DNA from: an uncultured Bacilli bacterium
GTDB taxonomy: Bacteria; Bacillota_I; Bacilli_A; RF39; UBA660
Assembly: GCA_947629315.1 (NCBI GenBank)
Contig: CANRDB010000003.1
Span: 1,718 to 65,717 of the forward strand
Direction: 5' to 3'
DNA length: 64,000 nucleotides
A model generated the notes under the pieces. That model was not told where the DNA came from, did not search any database, and saw only the letters and a program-made list of their open reading frames with translations. Positions 39,597-48,214 of this stretch are shown here, piece by piece. Numbering within the stretch: position 1 is the first letter of the stretch; the number at the start of each line of letters is the position of its first letter. Made by a program: the position numbers and the translations under genes.

Positions 39597-40844
39597 ATGA
39601 ATAATTATAGTAATGCCATGACTACGTATGAAGAAATTGTAAAAGCATTAAAAGCTATTCTAGAATGTGCCAAAGAGAATGGCTATCTTGATGATTATAG
39701 TTTCTTAAATGCGAAATGGGATACCATTGAAAAAAGTCCATTACAAGAGGAACAAGAAAAAGCACTCATGGAAGCAATTGTATCTCTTCAACATACCATT
39801 GAAGATGCTGACACTACAATCCACGAAAAGCTAGATAAATTATTACAAGAAATAGCCTATGCCCATATGGTTAGAATTCCTACTAAATATAAAGATGGGG
39901 AAGAATTAAGAAAATTAGCAGCCCAAGATATGTTTATTCAAAAGTTACAGGAAATTTCTTTACCATCTGACATTTTAATGAAAGTACCAGAAACGGAAGA
40001 TACTTCTTCGTTTGATGAAGAGTTTTCTACGTTATTTGAAGAAATTGTCGATGATTCGGTTGATTTTGGAGATGATTCATTAGATGCCTTTGTGGAAATA
40101 GATGGACCAGATGAAGAAACTCAGGAAGAACAGCAAGAAGAACCAGTAAAGGAACTAGAAGAAACTGCCGAAGAAGAAACAACTGTAGTAGAAGAATCTG
40201 ATTCGGAAGAACCAGTCTTAGAGGAGGAAACACTTCCAGAAGAAGTAGAAGAACCAAAAGAGGAAATTTCTCTTCATGAGATGGAAAAGTTATTAGATAT
40301 TCCTGCTATGGAGCAAGTGGTGGTAGAAACTCCTAAAGAAGAACCGGTAGAGGAACCAGAATCTGAAGAAAAAGAAATGGAAGAAGAAGAGTCTTCATCA
40401 GAAGAAGAATCTAGCGAAGAACCAATGATTCCTGCTGATGGGGTTTATCCAAGTGATATCGATTGGACGGATACTAGCCATGCTTTTGCAGTTAATGAAG
40501 AGCAATATCTAAAGTTGCAACAGTTAAATACAGAAGAAGAAAAAGCAATGTTCCGCCTACCTTCTAAAGAATCTGAAGAAGTTTCAGAGGAACCAGTAGA
40601 AGAGCCAAAGGAGACTTCTGAAGAAGAGGCAAAAGTAGAAGAATCAGAGGAAACTCCTAAAGAAGAACCAAAAGCAGAAGAACCATCAAAGGAAGAACCG
40701 ACAGATGTCAAGGCTCATCTAAATAAAATACAGTTATTAAAGAAAGCACTTGATAAAGCGAAAGCTGTTCATAATGAACAATTGATTAAAATTTTAGAGA
40801 GTCAACTTGCTAAAGAAGTTGTTGCCTTGAAAGGAAAAAAATAG
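39597..40844 (+). CDS. Highly acidic E/P/K-rich low-complexity protein with structured N- and C-terminal ends (hypothetical)
   Basis: ATG abuts the upstream TAG. About 250 aa of E-rich sequence with recurring 'EEPVEEP(K/E)E' units. C-terminal predicted helix 'LLKKALDKAKAVHNEQLIKILESQLAKE'. Confidence 0.7.
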   Translation: MNNYSNAMTTYEEIVKALKAILECAKENGYLDDYSFLNAKWDTIEKSPLQEEQEKALMEAIVSLQHTIEDADTTIHEKLDKLLQEIAYAHMVRIPTKYKDGEELRKLAAQDMFIQKLQEISLPSDILMKVPETEDTSSFDEEFSTLFEEIVDDSVDFGDDSLDAFVEIDGPDEETQEEQQEEPVKELEETAEEETTVVEESDSEEPVLEEETLPEEVEEPKEEISLHEMEKLLDIPAMEQVVVETPKEEPVEEPESEEKEMEEEESSSEEESSEEPMIPADGVYPSDIDWTDTSHAFAVNEEQYLKLQQLNTEEEKAMFRLPSKESEEVSEEPVEEPKETSEEEAKVEESEETPKEEPKAEEPSKEEPTDVKAHLNKIQLLKKALDKAKAVHNEQLIKILESQLAKEVVALKGKK

Positions 40845-40870
40845 ATATTTTAGAAGAATATCTATTTTTT
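40841..40870 (+). terminator. Intrinsic terminator
   Basis: Stem ATAGATATT/AATATCTAT with a 7-nt loop and T6. Confidence 0.8.
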
Positions 40871-41005
40871 GAATATTGAAAAAGAATTGTGTCAATGAAT
40901 CATCCAATTTTTTATATTTCTGACAACATTATCATAGATAATGAGATATGGTGGTACTATAATGGTCAAGATTATGATATAATGACTTTAGAATAGAGGT
41001 GTAAC

Positions 41006-42076
41006 ATGCGTGGTGGTACGTTAGATCATACTTGTCCCAATTGTGATGCGGTATTAAAATTTAATCCTCATGGTCAAAATTGGGTGTGTGAATATTGTAA
41101 AGGTCAATTTACCAAAGAACAAATAGAGGCATCAGAGGCTAAAAAGGGTCATGTATTAAATGAAACTGCCGAACCAGTTAAAATGGAGAAAAATGCAGAG
41201 GGTATGGATGTCTATTCTTGTCCAAACTGTGGTGCTCAAATTGTTGCAGATGAAAATACAACAGCTACTTTTTGTGTATATTGTAAAAGTACAGCTATTT
41301 TAAAAAATAAATTAATTGGGGAATTTAATCCTGTTTCTGTGATTCCTTTCTATAAAACGAAAGAGGATGCGATAGAAGCTTTTAAATCGATTGGAAAAGG
41401 AAAACCTTTTATGCCAAAGGAATTTAGTGATAAAAAGAATATTGGTGAAATGAAAGGTGTCTATATTCCTTTTTGGTTATATGACTATCACGTAAATGGT
41501 TTCCTAGAGGCAGAGGGTAGAAAAGTTAGTACTTGGCGTTCAGGAGATTATATCTATACGAAAACAGATACATATGCAGTCTATCGTGATGCACAAATGG
41601 ATTATCACCGTATACCAGTAGATGGCTCTACTCATTTCGATGATGATATGATGAATTCGATTGAACCATTTGATTACCAAGGATTAGTGGATTTTAGCCA
41701 TTCCTATTTATCTGGATTTTTAGCGGAGAAATATGATGTTAGTAGTGAGGATGCTCAAAAAGATGCAGAGACGAGAGCTAGAAACTCTACCACCAATGCT
41801 CTTCGGGATTCTATCGTAGGATATAGTGAAGTGGATATTCGTAATGCCAACCATCAGTTGCAATCTACAAAAAGTGACTATGTCCTTCTTCCGGTATGGA
41901 TGCTGAATATTAAATATAAAGATAAGATATACATGTTTGCTATGAATGGACAGACAGGAAAGATGATTGGAGATATTCCTATTGATAAGAATAAAGTAAT
42001 TCGTTACTGGTTTATCTTATTTATTGCTACTTTCGTTATTTCTCTTATTATTTGGTGGATAGGAGGAATTTTATGA
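41006..42076 (+). CDS. Double zinc-ribbon membrane protein, YdjG-like
   Basis: 'CPNCDAVL...CEYCKGQF' and 'CPNCGAQI...CVYCKS' ribbons, a central domain of about 200 aa, and a C-terminal TM. Paired with a TPM gene as in B. subtilis ydjG-ydjH. Confidence 0.65.
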   Translation: MRGGTLDHTCPNCDAVLKFNPHGQNWVCEYCKGQFTKEQIEASEAKKGHVLNETAEPVKMEKNAEGMDVYSCPNCGAQIVADENTTATFCVYCKSTAILKNKLIGEFNPVSVIPFYKTKEDAIEAFKSIGKGKPFMPKEFSDKKNIGEMKGVYIPFWLYDYHVNGFLEAEGRKVSTWRSGDYIYTKTDTYAVYRDAQMDYHRIPVDGSTHFDDDMMNSIEPFDYQGLVDFSHSYLSGFLAEKYDVSSEDAQKDAETRARNSTTNALRDSIVGYSEVDIRNANHQLQSTKSDYVLLPVWMLNIKYKDKIYMFAMNGQTGKMIGDIPIDKNKVIRYWFILFIATFVISLIIWWIGGIL

Positions 42077-42891
42077 AAAAGAGATTTTTATTATTCTTGA
42101 TTTGTTCTTTCTTCTTCCTTTTACCAAATGTATTTGCTGTAGATAAATCATTAAAAATTTATGATGATGCAGATTTATTGCCAGACAGTGAGGAGGCTAT
42201 TTTAAAAAGTCAGATTGACCAATTCATTACCACATATGATATGGATATGGTAGTCGTTACGACAATGATTAATCCTTATGGTTCTGTTGAACAATTTGCT
42301 ACTAGATTTTATGAAGATAATGGATTTGGATTGAATGAGCATAAGGATGGTATCTTATTTGTCATTGATAGGCATCTTGGTGCAGATGATGCTTATATAT
42401 TAACAACAGGAGAAGCTCTTCGTGTTTATTCAGATGATAGAATAGATGCTATTTTTGATGATATCTCGGATGCGAAATATAATAATGAAGGCTATTATGG
42501 AATGATTGCTGCTTTTATTCAAAGTTCTAGTGATTTTGCGAAAGAGGGAGTTCCTGCTGTTAATAAAAATACCTATATTGATAGCAATGGAAATATGCAA
42601 TATAAAAGAACGGTTCCTTGGCTTTTTCTGATTATTGTTTCTCTTGTTGTAGCGAGTGTTACTACTTTTGTGTTAGTAAAGAAAAATAAAATGGTAAAGA
42701 AAGCTACGACTGCCAAAGCTTATCTTGATCAAAATTCTATTCAGTATGGTAGGAAAGAAGATCATTTTGCCCATACTCATACGAGTTCTTCTTATGTTCC
42801 AAGAAATACTGGTGGAAGTTCCTCTGGTGGAGGAAGAGTAGGAGGAACTACTAGTCATGGAGGCCATGGTGGAGGAGGCCGAAGATTATAA
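42073..42891 (+). CDS. TPM-domain membrane protein (YdjH/YgcG-like) with a Gly-rich tail
   Basis: Trimmed to the ATG at 42073 (AGGAGG RBS; ATGA overlap with the upstream stop). Signal peptide, 'IYDDADLL...E' TPM start, TM, and C-terminal 'GGSSSGGGRVGGTTSHGGHGGGGRRL'. Confidence 0.8.
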   Translation: MKKRFLLFLICSFFFLLPNVFAVDKSLKIYDDADLLPDSEEAILKSQIDQFITTYDMDMVVVTTMINPYGSVEQFATRFYEDNGFGLNEHKDGILFVIDRHLGADDAYILTTGEALRVYSDDRIDAIFDDISDAKYNNEGYYGMIAAFIQSSSDFAKEGVPAVNKNTYIDSNGNMQYKRTVPWLFLIIVSLVVASVTTFVLVKKNKMVKKATTAKAYLDQNSIQYGRKEDHFAHTHTSSSYVPRNTGGSSSGGGRVGGTTSHGGHGGGGRRL

Positions 42892-42892
42892 T

Positions 42893-42922
42893 AAAAAAAT
42901 TTTAGAAACATCTAAAATTTTT
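42893..42922 (+). terminator. Intrinsic terminator after the TPM gene
   Basis: Stem ATTTTAGA/TCTAAAAT with flanking A and T runs and a 4-nt loop. Confidence 0.65.
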
Positions 42923-42992
42923 CAGGCTATTGCACAGTCAATAGTCTTTTCTTTTCTAAAAATGTTGCATACGGTATTTAAAAGTTTTTATG

Positions 42993-44162
42993 TTATCTAA
43001 AATGAAAGTTAATGCTTTCCTTTTTTGATATCATGATGGGTCCTCTTTTTAATTCATCTTCTAATAGGGATGAACCTTGAACGAGACTAAGAATTTTCGT
43101 TACTCGAAATTCTAAATCTAATTCTTGATTTTTACAGTTACTATAGTTAGTAATAATAGGGATGGAAACATCCTTTTTTATTTCTTTTAAATACTGTTGA
43201 CCTTTTTCATTAAATCCTAATATGCGAAGATAATGGGTGTTTTGCCATTTTTGATTTTCTTCTTTGGTAAAAGAAAATAGGATATGACTACACATTCTCA
43301 TTAGTCGGTTATAAGTATAATATTTCGTTTTTACTTGGTTAATGAATTCTTCTAGTGTCTGTGCAGACGCTATTTTCGTTTTTAAACGATTTACAATTCT
43401 CTCATCGACTGTCTCATATTGATTAAGATTAGGATCAGATAGAATTTTATAGCGAATGTATGGAAAAAAGTCTTCTAGCGAATGATATTCTTTTAAGTAC
43501 GGAAAGACGAAAGAAGGAACTTGATTTTCAATATTTTCTTTATTTTTGAAATGCATGCGAATACTACTCGCACTGCTGATATTTCCACTAAAAGAAGTAC
43601 TATGATAGGAATTTGTTCTAGGAATCGTAATGGGAGTGATATCATAGTGGTTTTGAAGAATTTCTTTGACGTAACCAAGTCCTAATAAATCATTCGGTTG
43701 ATGGATAGAAATATCAGTAGTATCAAATAGGGCTTTTGATAGACTAGTAGGGTAGTTTTCTTTCTGGCTTAAATAGTATTGTAAGCATTCTTGATACCGA
43801 GAAGAATATAATTGTGTTTTCGCACACTCTATCAATGGTTCAATCGAACCTATTTCTGAACCAAAAACGACGGCATGGACTTTTAAAAACGAAAGTAATT
43901 GAATTGCTCCCTTACAAAAAATATCGGCGGATTGACTAGCGTATACATAGGGAAGTTCAACTACTAGATCTACTCCGTAATGAAGAGCGATTTCTGTTTT
44001 TTCCCATTTGGTTAATACGCTGACATCCCCACGTTGGGTAACGTTTCCTGAAACAACAAGAACAATTATATCGTTAGGGAACATCTCTTTTACTTTTTGT
44101 AAGTGATAAAGATGTCCATTATGAAAGGGATTGTATTCACATATAAGACCAACAGATTTCAT
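42993..44162 (-). CDS. tmcAL: tRNA(Met) cytidine acetate ligase TmcAL (YlbM, UPF0348)
   Basis: 'GLICEYNPFHNGHLYHLQKVK' and 'VELPYVYASQSADIF' align with B. subtilis YlbM. Divergent from yceD-rpmF as in Bacillus. Confidence 0.88.
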   Translation of the reverse strand: MKSVGLICEYNPFHNGHLYHLQKVKEMFPNDIIVLVVSGNVTQRGDVSVLTKWEKTEIALHYGVDLVVELPYVYASQSADIFCKGAIQLLSFLKVHAVVFGSEIGSIEPLIECAKTQLYSSRYQECLQYYLSQKENYPTSLSKALFDTTDISIHQPNDLLGLGYVKEILQNHYDITPITIPRTNSYHSTSFSGNISSASSIRMHFKNKENIENQVPSFVFPYLKEYHSLEDFFPYIRYKILSDPNLNQYETVDERIVNRLKTKIASAQTLEEFINQVKTKYYTYNRLMRMCSHILFSFTKEENQKWQNTHYLRILGFNEKGQQYLKEIKKDVSIPIITNYSNCKNQELDLEFRVTKILSLVQGSSLLEDELKRGPIMISKKESINFHFR

Positions 44163-44194
44163 AACATCACCAACCTTATCATACCATATTTTTC

Positions 44195-44223
44195 TTGCAT
44201 TTTTAAGAATTATTCTGTATAAT
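44195..44223 (+). promoter_or_regulatory. Sigma-A-type promoter for yceD-rpmF
   Basis: TTGCAT (44195-44200), 17-nt spacer, TATAAT (44218-44223). Confidence 0.65.
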
Positions 44224-44242
44224 GTTCTAGTCAGGTGATAGT

Positions 44243-44722
44243 ATGATTATCGATTTAACAAGATTACGTAGTGGAATTGATCACGAAGTTGTAGTAGATG
44301 AAACATATTCTTTTTCGAAAGAGGAGTTAGAACATACTGATGTGACTTCCATCGATGATGTCCAAATTGAGGGAACGATTACGTTAGATGCAATTGGTGA
44401 ACTCTATTTAGATTTAGATGTACAAGGAACGATGATTATTCCTTGTGCAATCACTCTAAAACCAGTTCCTTATCCATTTTCATTTACGTTAGAGGGAACC
44501 TTATCGGAACTATTAGATGAAATCACAGAAAAAGAAACAAATTCACAAAATAGTCTTGATATTTTACCGATAATATGGGAAAATATATTAATGGAAATTC
44601 CCATGCGTGTTGTAAGCGAAGATGCTCATGATGTTCCACTATCTGGTGATGGTTGGAGGCTTATAACAGATGAAGATGAAGAAGAAAATTCGGAACTATC
44701 CAAATTAAAAGATTTATTGTAA
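44243..44722 (+). CDS. YceD/YlbN family (DUF177) ribosome-maturation protein
   Basis: 159 aa, acidic, sits immediately upstream of rpmF. 'C.ITLKPV' block. Confidence 0.85.
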   Translation: MIIDLTRLRSGIDHEVVVDETYSFSKEELEHTDVTSIDDVQIEGTITLDAIGELYLDLDVQGTMIIPCAITLKPVPYPFSFTLEGTLSELLDEITEKETNSQNSLDILPIIWENILMEIPMRVVSEDAHDVPLSGDGWRLITDEDEEENSELSKLKDLL

Positions 44723-44740
44723 GAACGTGAGGTGAATAGG

Positions 44741-44923
44741 ATGGCTGTACCATTTAGAAAAGTAAGTAATACTAGAGGTAGAAAAAGAAGAACACATTAT
44801 AAAATCAGTGAGAATGGAACAACAAAATGTCCAAAGTGTGGAGCAGAAATAAGACCACATAGAGTATGTTTAAATTGTGGAACATACAAAGGAAAAGAAG
44901 TTATCAAACAAGAAGAAAAATAA
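44741..44923 (+). CDS. rpmF: 50S ribosomal protein L32
   Basis: Trimmed to the ATG at 44741 (GAGGTG RBS). '[18 protein letters not shown]' plus the CxxC...CxxC zinc ribbon. Confidence 0.93.
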   Translation: MAVPFRKVSNTRGRKRRTHYKISENGTTKCPKCGAEIRPHRVCLNCGTYKGKEVIKQEEK

Positions 44924-44981
44924 TCTTCTTTTTTTTGTCAAAAAATGATATACTTTGTATAAGAATAAGGCAGGTGTAAAT

Positions 44982-47201
44982 ATGGAGGAAAATCATCCAA
45001 CAGAAGAACAAGAAATCGAAGAGGAAAGTCATTCAGTAGAGAAACAAGAAATTGAAGAAGAAAATCACCCAGTAGAGGATCAAGAAATAGAGGAAAGTGC
45101 TTCCAAACTTCCCAAAGAAGAAGTAGTGGAAGAGAAATCTCGATTAGAAAAAAATGCCAAAAAAATGGAAGAGATAGCGATGAATGAAATTCCAACGGAA
45201 CCAACCAAATCAGGTTTTAATCTTTTTCAAAAAAAATGGTTTCTTCTGGTATTAGGTGTCATGATCATTTTAATGGTGACGGCAGTAATTTTACTCGTTA
45301 GTGTTTTAAATAAAGGAAAAGATCATTCAAAGGATTCTTCTACTCAAGAATCAAGCAATGTTGAGGAAGAACTTCCAAAAGAAGAAATTGATGCGAATGG
45401 GTTAGTACTAGAGTATGGCGCTAAAGTAGAAGAATATATTCAAACATACCAAAAAGAGGAAGGAAAGTTTCCAACTGTTGAGGATGCTTTAGCGAATGTT
45501 ACTTTAGAAAATCATGATATTCAGTGTGCGACATTGGATATTCATGAAGATGGAAAAATCTATCTAGAGGGATGTACGGTGGATGGTTCTCTAGACAGTT
45601 ATTCTTATGGTACGAAAGAAGAAGTAAAAGGAAAAACACTAGATATTTATAAAGGAAAAAATCAGTATGGTGTGATTTATAATTTTGAATCTTTTGATAA
45701 GGCTAGTAAAGTGGGAACAGTTACTTGTCAAACAGACCATTGTGAAGGGGTAGTAGCTTATAATCAATATGCTATCGTCGAAGAAGATGGACTAGCCGTT
45801 TATGATTATCAAAATAATACGTTAGTGTTCCAGTTAAATGAAAAGGAATATGATCAATATATTACGATTGGCTCTGATGAGACATTCTATGGCTTTTATT
45901 ATCAATTAGGAGATGAAAATACTCTCTATAGTATCAGTAGTCGAAAAAAGATTCATCAGGTAGCAGGACAGTGGTGTGAATCTGGACCTGATGATGGCCT
46001 TTATTTAGGAATGAATAAAGGGTATGTCTATTTTATTACTGGAAATTCTACTAGTGTCTTTGATATGAAATCAGGTTCTTTAGTGACTAGTTTAACAGGG
46101 AAATTATACGATATTCAGTCTGTCGATGACGTTACTTTATATTACTTAACCATAGATAATTCAGAGAAGACACGAGTATATCAAGAAGATGGAACAGCTA
46201 TGTTTCAAGGAAAGAGTTTTGATAGTTTCTATGTCGTAAAAGGAAATTATATTACGGTTGAAAATAATGCCTTTACGGTATATGGTACCAATCAAAAGAG
46301 TATCTATACTAGTAAGAACTATGATAAAGTCTCTGCTGTTTATGCAGATTATGTAGTGGTATTAGAGGGTACTAATTTAGAATTAATCGATTATAATGGA
46401 AATATAGTTCATACGTTTATTACCGATTGGAAGGAAGACCAGTATCATTTCCATCCTATGTTATCTGGATGGTATACGGATAATGGAAAGAATGGTATTT
46501 ATCTTGTCATTGAAGATAATCAAGTAACGAAAGAAGAAGTCTTACAACAATATCCAGATATGACAAAAGAGGAGTTATCGGAATATGATTTGGGATATGA
46601 ATATTATTATATTCCAACGACGAAAGAGACTGGTAAACTTCCTACTTATATTGGAGGATATGCAAAACCAGTACTCTACTTATATCCGACGATGCCGATG
46701 ATGATTCGGGTACAGTTTCAAAATCCTAACAGTTTGACGACAACCTATCCAAAATATGAAGATTGTTGGAACGTTTTCGCAAAACCAAATGGGGATTTAT
46801 ACACGTTAGATTCAAAATACTATTATGCTTTATATTGGGAAGAGCAGGCTAATCATAGTGTCGATTTCCGTGAAGGATTTTACGTAACGAAAGAATCTGC
46901 AATCCCATTCTTAGAAGAAAAACTGACTATGATTGGATTAAATGATCGAGAAAGAAATGAATTTATTATGTACTGGTTACCAGTCTTAGAACAAAATGAG
47001 CAAAGTTTAGTTTACTTTGAACTAACTAGGGAAAGAGAGTTCTATAGTCCTCTTCTCATCAGTCCTAAACCAACTTCTCTTCTTAGAATTTCGATGCATG
47101 TGAAGAAAGTAGATGGTTATACGCCGATTCGACCACAGCAGTTTCTAAAATTTGACCGAAAAGGTTTTACCGCTGTTGAATGGGGAGGAGTTCGCTATTA
47201 A
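44982..47201 (+). CDS. Large single-pass membrane protein with a repeat-bearing acidic N-terminus and a big extracytoplasmic region (hypothetical)
   Basis: Trimmed to the ATG at 44982. TM 'WFLLVLGVMIILMVTAVILLVSVL' at about aa 85-110. Tyr-rich beta-type middle region. Distinct C-terminal module of about 190 aa beginning 'KPVLYLYP'. Confidence 0.72.
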   Translation: MEENHPTEEQEIEEESHSVEKQEIEEENHPVEDQEIEESASKLPKEEVVEEKSRLEKNAKKMEEIAMNEIPTEPTKSGFNLFQKKWFLLVLGVMIILMVTAVILLVSVLNKGKDHSKDSSTQESSNVEEELPKEEIDANGLVLEYGAKVEEYIQTYQKEEGKFPTVEDALANVTLENHDIQCATLDIHEDGKIYLEGCTVDGSLDSYSYGTKEEVKGKTLDIYKGKNQYGVIYNFESFDKASKVGTVTCQTDHCEGVVAYNQYAIVEEDGLAVYDYQNNTLVFQLNEKEYDQYITIGSDETFYGFYYQLGDENTLYSISSRKKIHQVAGQWCESGPDDGLYLGMNKGYVYFITGNSTSVFDMKSGSLVTSLTGKLYDIQSVDDVTLYYLTIDNSEKTRVYQEDGTAMFQGKSFDSFYVVKGNYITVENNAFTVYGTNQKSIYTSKNYDKVSAVYADYVVVLEGTNLELIDYNGNIVHTFITDWKEDQYHFHPMLSGWYTDNGKNGIYLVIEDNQVTKEEVLQQYPDMTKEELSEYDLGYEYYYIPTTKETGKLPTYIGGYAKPVLYLYPTMPMMIRVQFQNPNSLTTTYPKYEDCWNVFAKPNGDLYTLDSKYYYALYWEEQANHSVDFREGFYVTKESAIPFLEEKLTMIGLNDRERNEFIMYWLPVLEQNEQSLVYFELTREREFYSPLLISPKPTSLLRISMHVKKVDGYTPIRPQQFLKFDRKGFTAVEWGGVRY
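44985..45092 (+). repeat. 3 x 36-nt in-frame tandem repeat (EENHPxExQEIE units)
   Basis: Units at 44985-45020, 45021-45056 and 45057-45092 encode EENHPTEEQEIE, EESHSVEKQEIE and EENHPVEDQEIE. Confidence 0.85.
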
Positions 47202-47207
47202 AAATAG

Positions 47208-47235
47208 TTGACTTCTCTTTTCTTTATGGTATAAT
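47208..47235 (+). promoter_or_regulatory. Sigma-A-type promoter for the T-box leader
   Basis: TTGACT (47208-47213), 16-nt spacer ending in TGG (extended -10), TATAAT (47230-47235). Confidence 0.7.
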
Positions 47236-47241
47236 GGAAAT

Positions 47242-47446
47242 AGTTTTGAATTGACGTTGAAAAATCATAGTACTTACAAAATGAGAAACCAGAAATCTAG
47301 TGGGGATGAAAACTAGACAGAGTATTGTAAGGAAGATACAGTTTGGAGTCAAATCGTTCATCGCGTTAAGATTAGAGTGCATAAGATATTATGAATTAGG
47401 ATGGTACCGCGGGGAAACTCGTTCCTATGTTCATAATATTTTTTTG
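47242..47446 (+). promoter_or_regulatory. T-box riboswitch leader, probable Tyr (UAC) specifier
   Basis: T-box sequence AATTAGGATGGTACCGCGG (47394-47412). Stem I helix CTTACAA(47273-47279)/TTGTAAG(47325-47331), followed by GAAGA-TAC-A (TAC at 47337-47339). Terminator ATATTATGAA.TAGGA/TCCTA..TTCATAATAT (47386-47439) plus T7. The UGGU bulge is complementary to an ACCA end. Confidence 0.85.
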
Positions 47447-47463
47447 TGAGAAAAGGAGAAGAA

Positions 47464-48180
47464 ATGATGGAACTAAATAGTTATATTGATCACACGAATT
47501 TACAGGCTACGGCTACTTTAAAAGATATCGAGAAATTATGTGAAGAGGCTAAGAAATATCATTTTGCGTCTGTCTGTGTTTCGCCATACTATGTAAGGGT
47601 AGCCAAAGAATTATTAAAGGATAGTAATGTAGAAATCGGAACCGTCGTTGGTTTTCCATTGGGATTTCATACGATGGAGACGAAATCTTTTGAAGCGATT
47701 AATGCTATCGAAAATGGAGCGACGGAAATTGATATGGTAATCAATTTAGGAGCCTTAAAAAATAAAGATTATCAATATGTCAAGCAAGAAATTGAAGAAA
47801 TTAGAGATGCGATTGATGGACATACCTTAAAAGTTATCATTGAAACTTGCTATTTAACAGCACAAGAAATTAAAAAAATGACCGAGATTTGCAATGAAAC
47901 GTTTGTTAATTTTATTAAGACATCAACTGGATTTGGTAGTGCGGGGGCTACTGTTGAGGATGTAGAACTCATTAACAAATATCGAAATGAAGTACTAGAA
48001 ATTAAGGCAAGTGGAGGAATTCGTGACATTCAAACAGCGGAGGCTATGATTGATGCGGGAGCAACTCGGATTGGAACTAGCCATGGAGTAGAGTTAATGC
48101 AAGTAGAACAACCAAAAGAAGAAAGTACATCTACGAAGCGTGAATGTTGCCATGGAAAATGTCACTGCCATCACGAATAG
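47464..48180 (+). CDS. deoC: Deoxyribose-phosphate aldolase with a C-terminal Cys/His-rich tail
   Basis: Trimmed to the ATG at 47464 (AAGGAG RBS). 'IDHTNL', 'VCVSP', 'GFPLG', 'DMVIN', 'KVIIET', 'FIKTSTGF', 'KASGGIR' class I aldolase blocks. The tail reads 'KRECCHGKCHCHHE'. Confidence 0.9.
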   Translation: MMELNSYIDHTNLQATATLKDIEKLCEEAKKYHFASVCVSPYYVRVAKELLKDSNVEIGTVVGFPLGFHTMETKSFEAINAIENGATEIDMVINLGALKNKDYQYVKQEIEEIRDAIDGHTLKVIIETCYLTAQEIKKMTEICNETFVNFIKTSTGFGSAGATVEDVELINKYRNEVLEIKASGGIRDIQTAEAMIDAGATRIGTSHGVELMQVEQPKEESTSTKRECCHGKCHCHHE

Positions 48181-48214
48181 AAAAAGTTATTAGAGAAATG
48201 ACAAGGAGGAAATT

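Noticed and set aside
40895-40996. 33-codon ORF (MNHPIFYISDNIIIDNEIWWYYNGQDYDIMTLE) in the spacer before the zinc-ribbon gene
   Set aside because: It has no Shine-Dalgarno sequence, and it overlaps the likely promoter (TGATATAAT) of the downstream gene. I kept it only as a note.
44938-45204. 88-aa minus-strand ORF
   Set aside because: It is antisense to the 36-nt tandem repeats. Its leucine- and phenylalanine-rich repeats mirror the GAA-rich sense strand.
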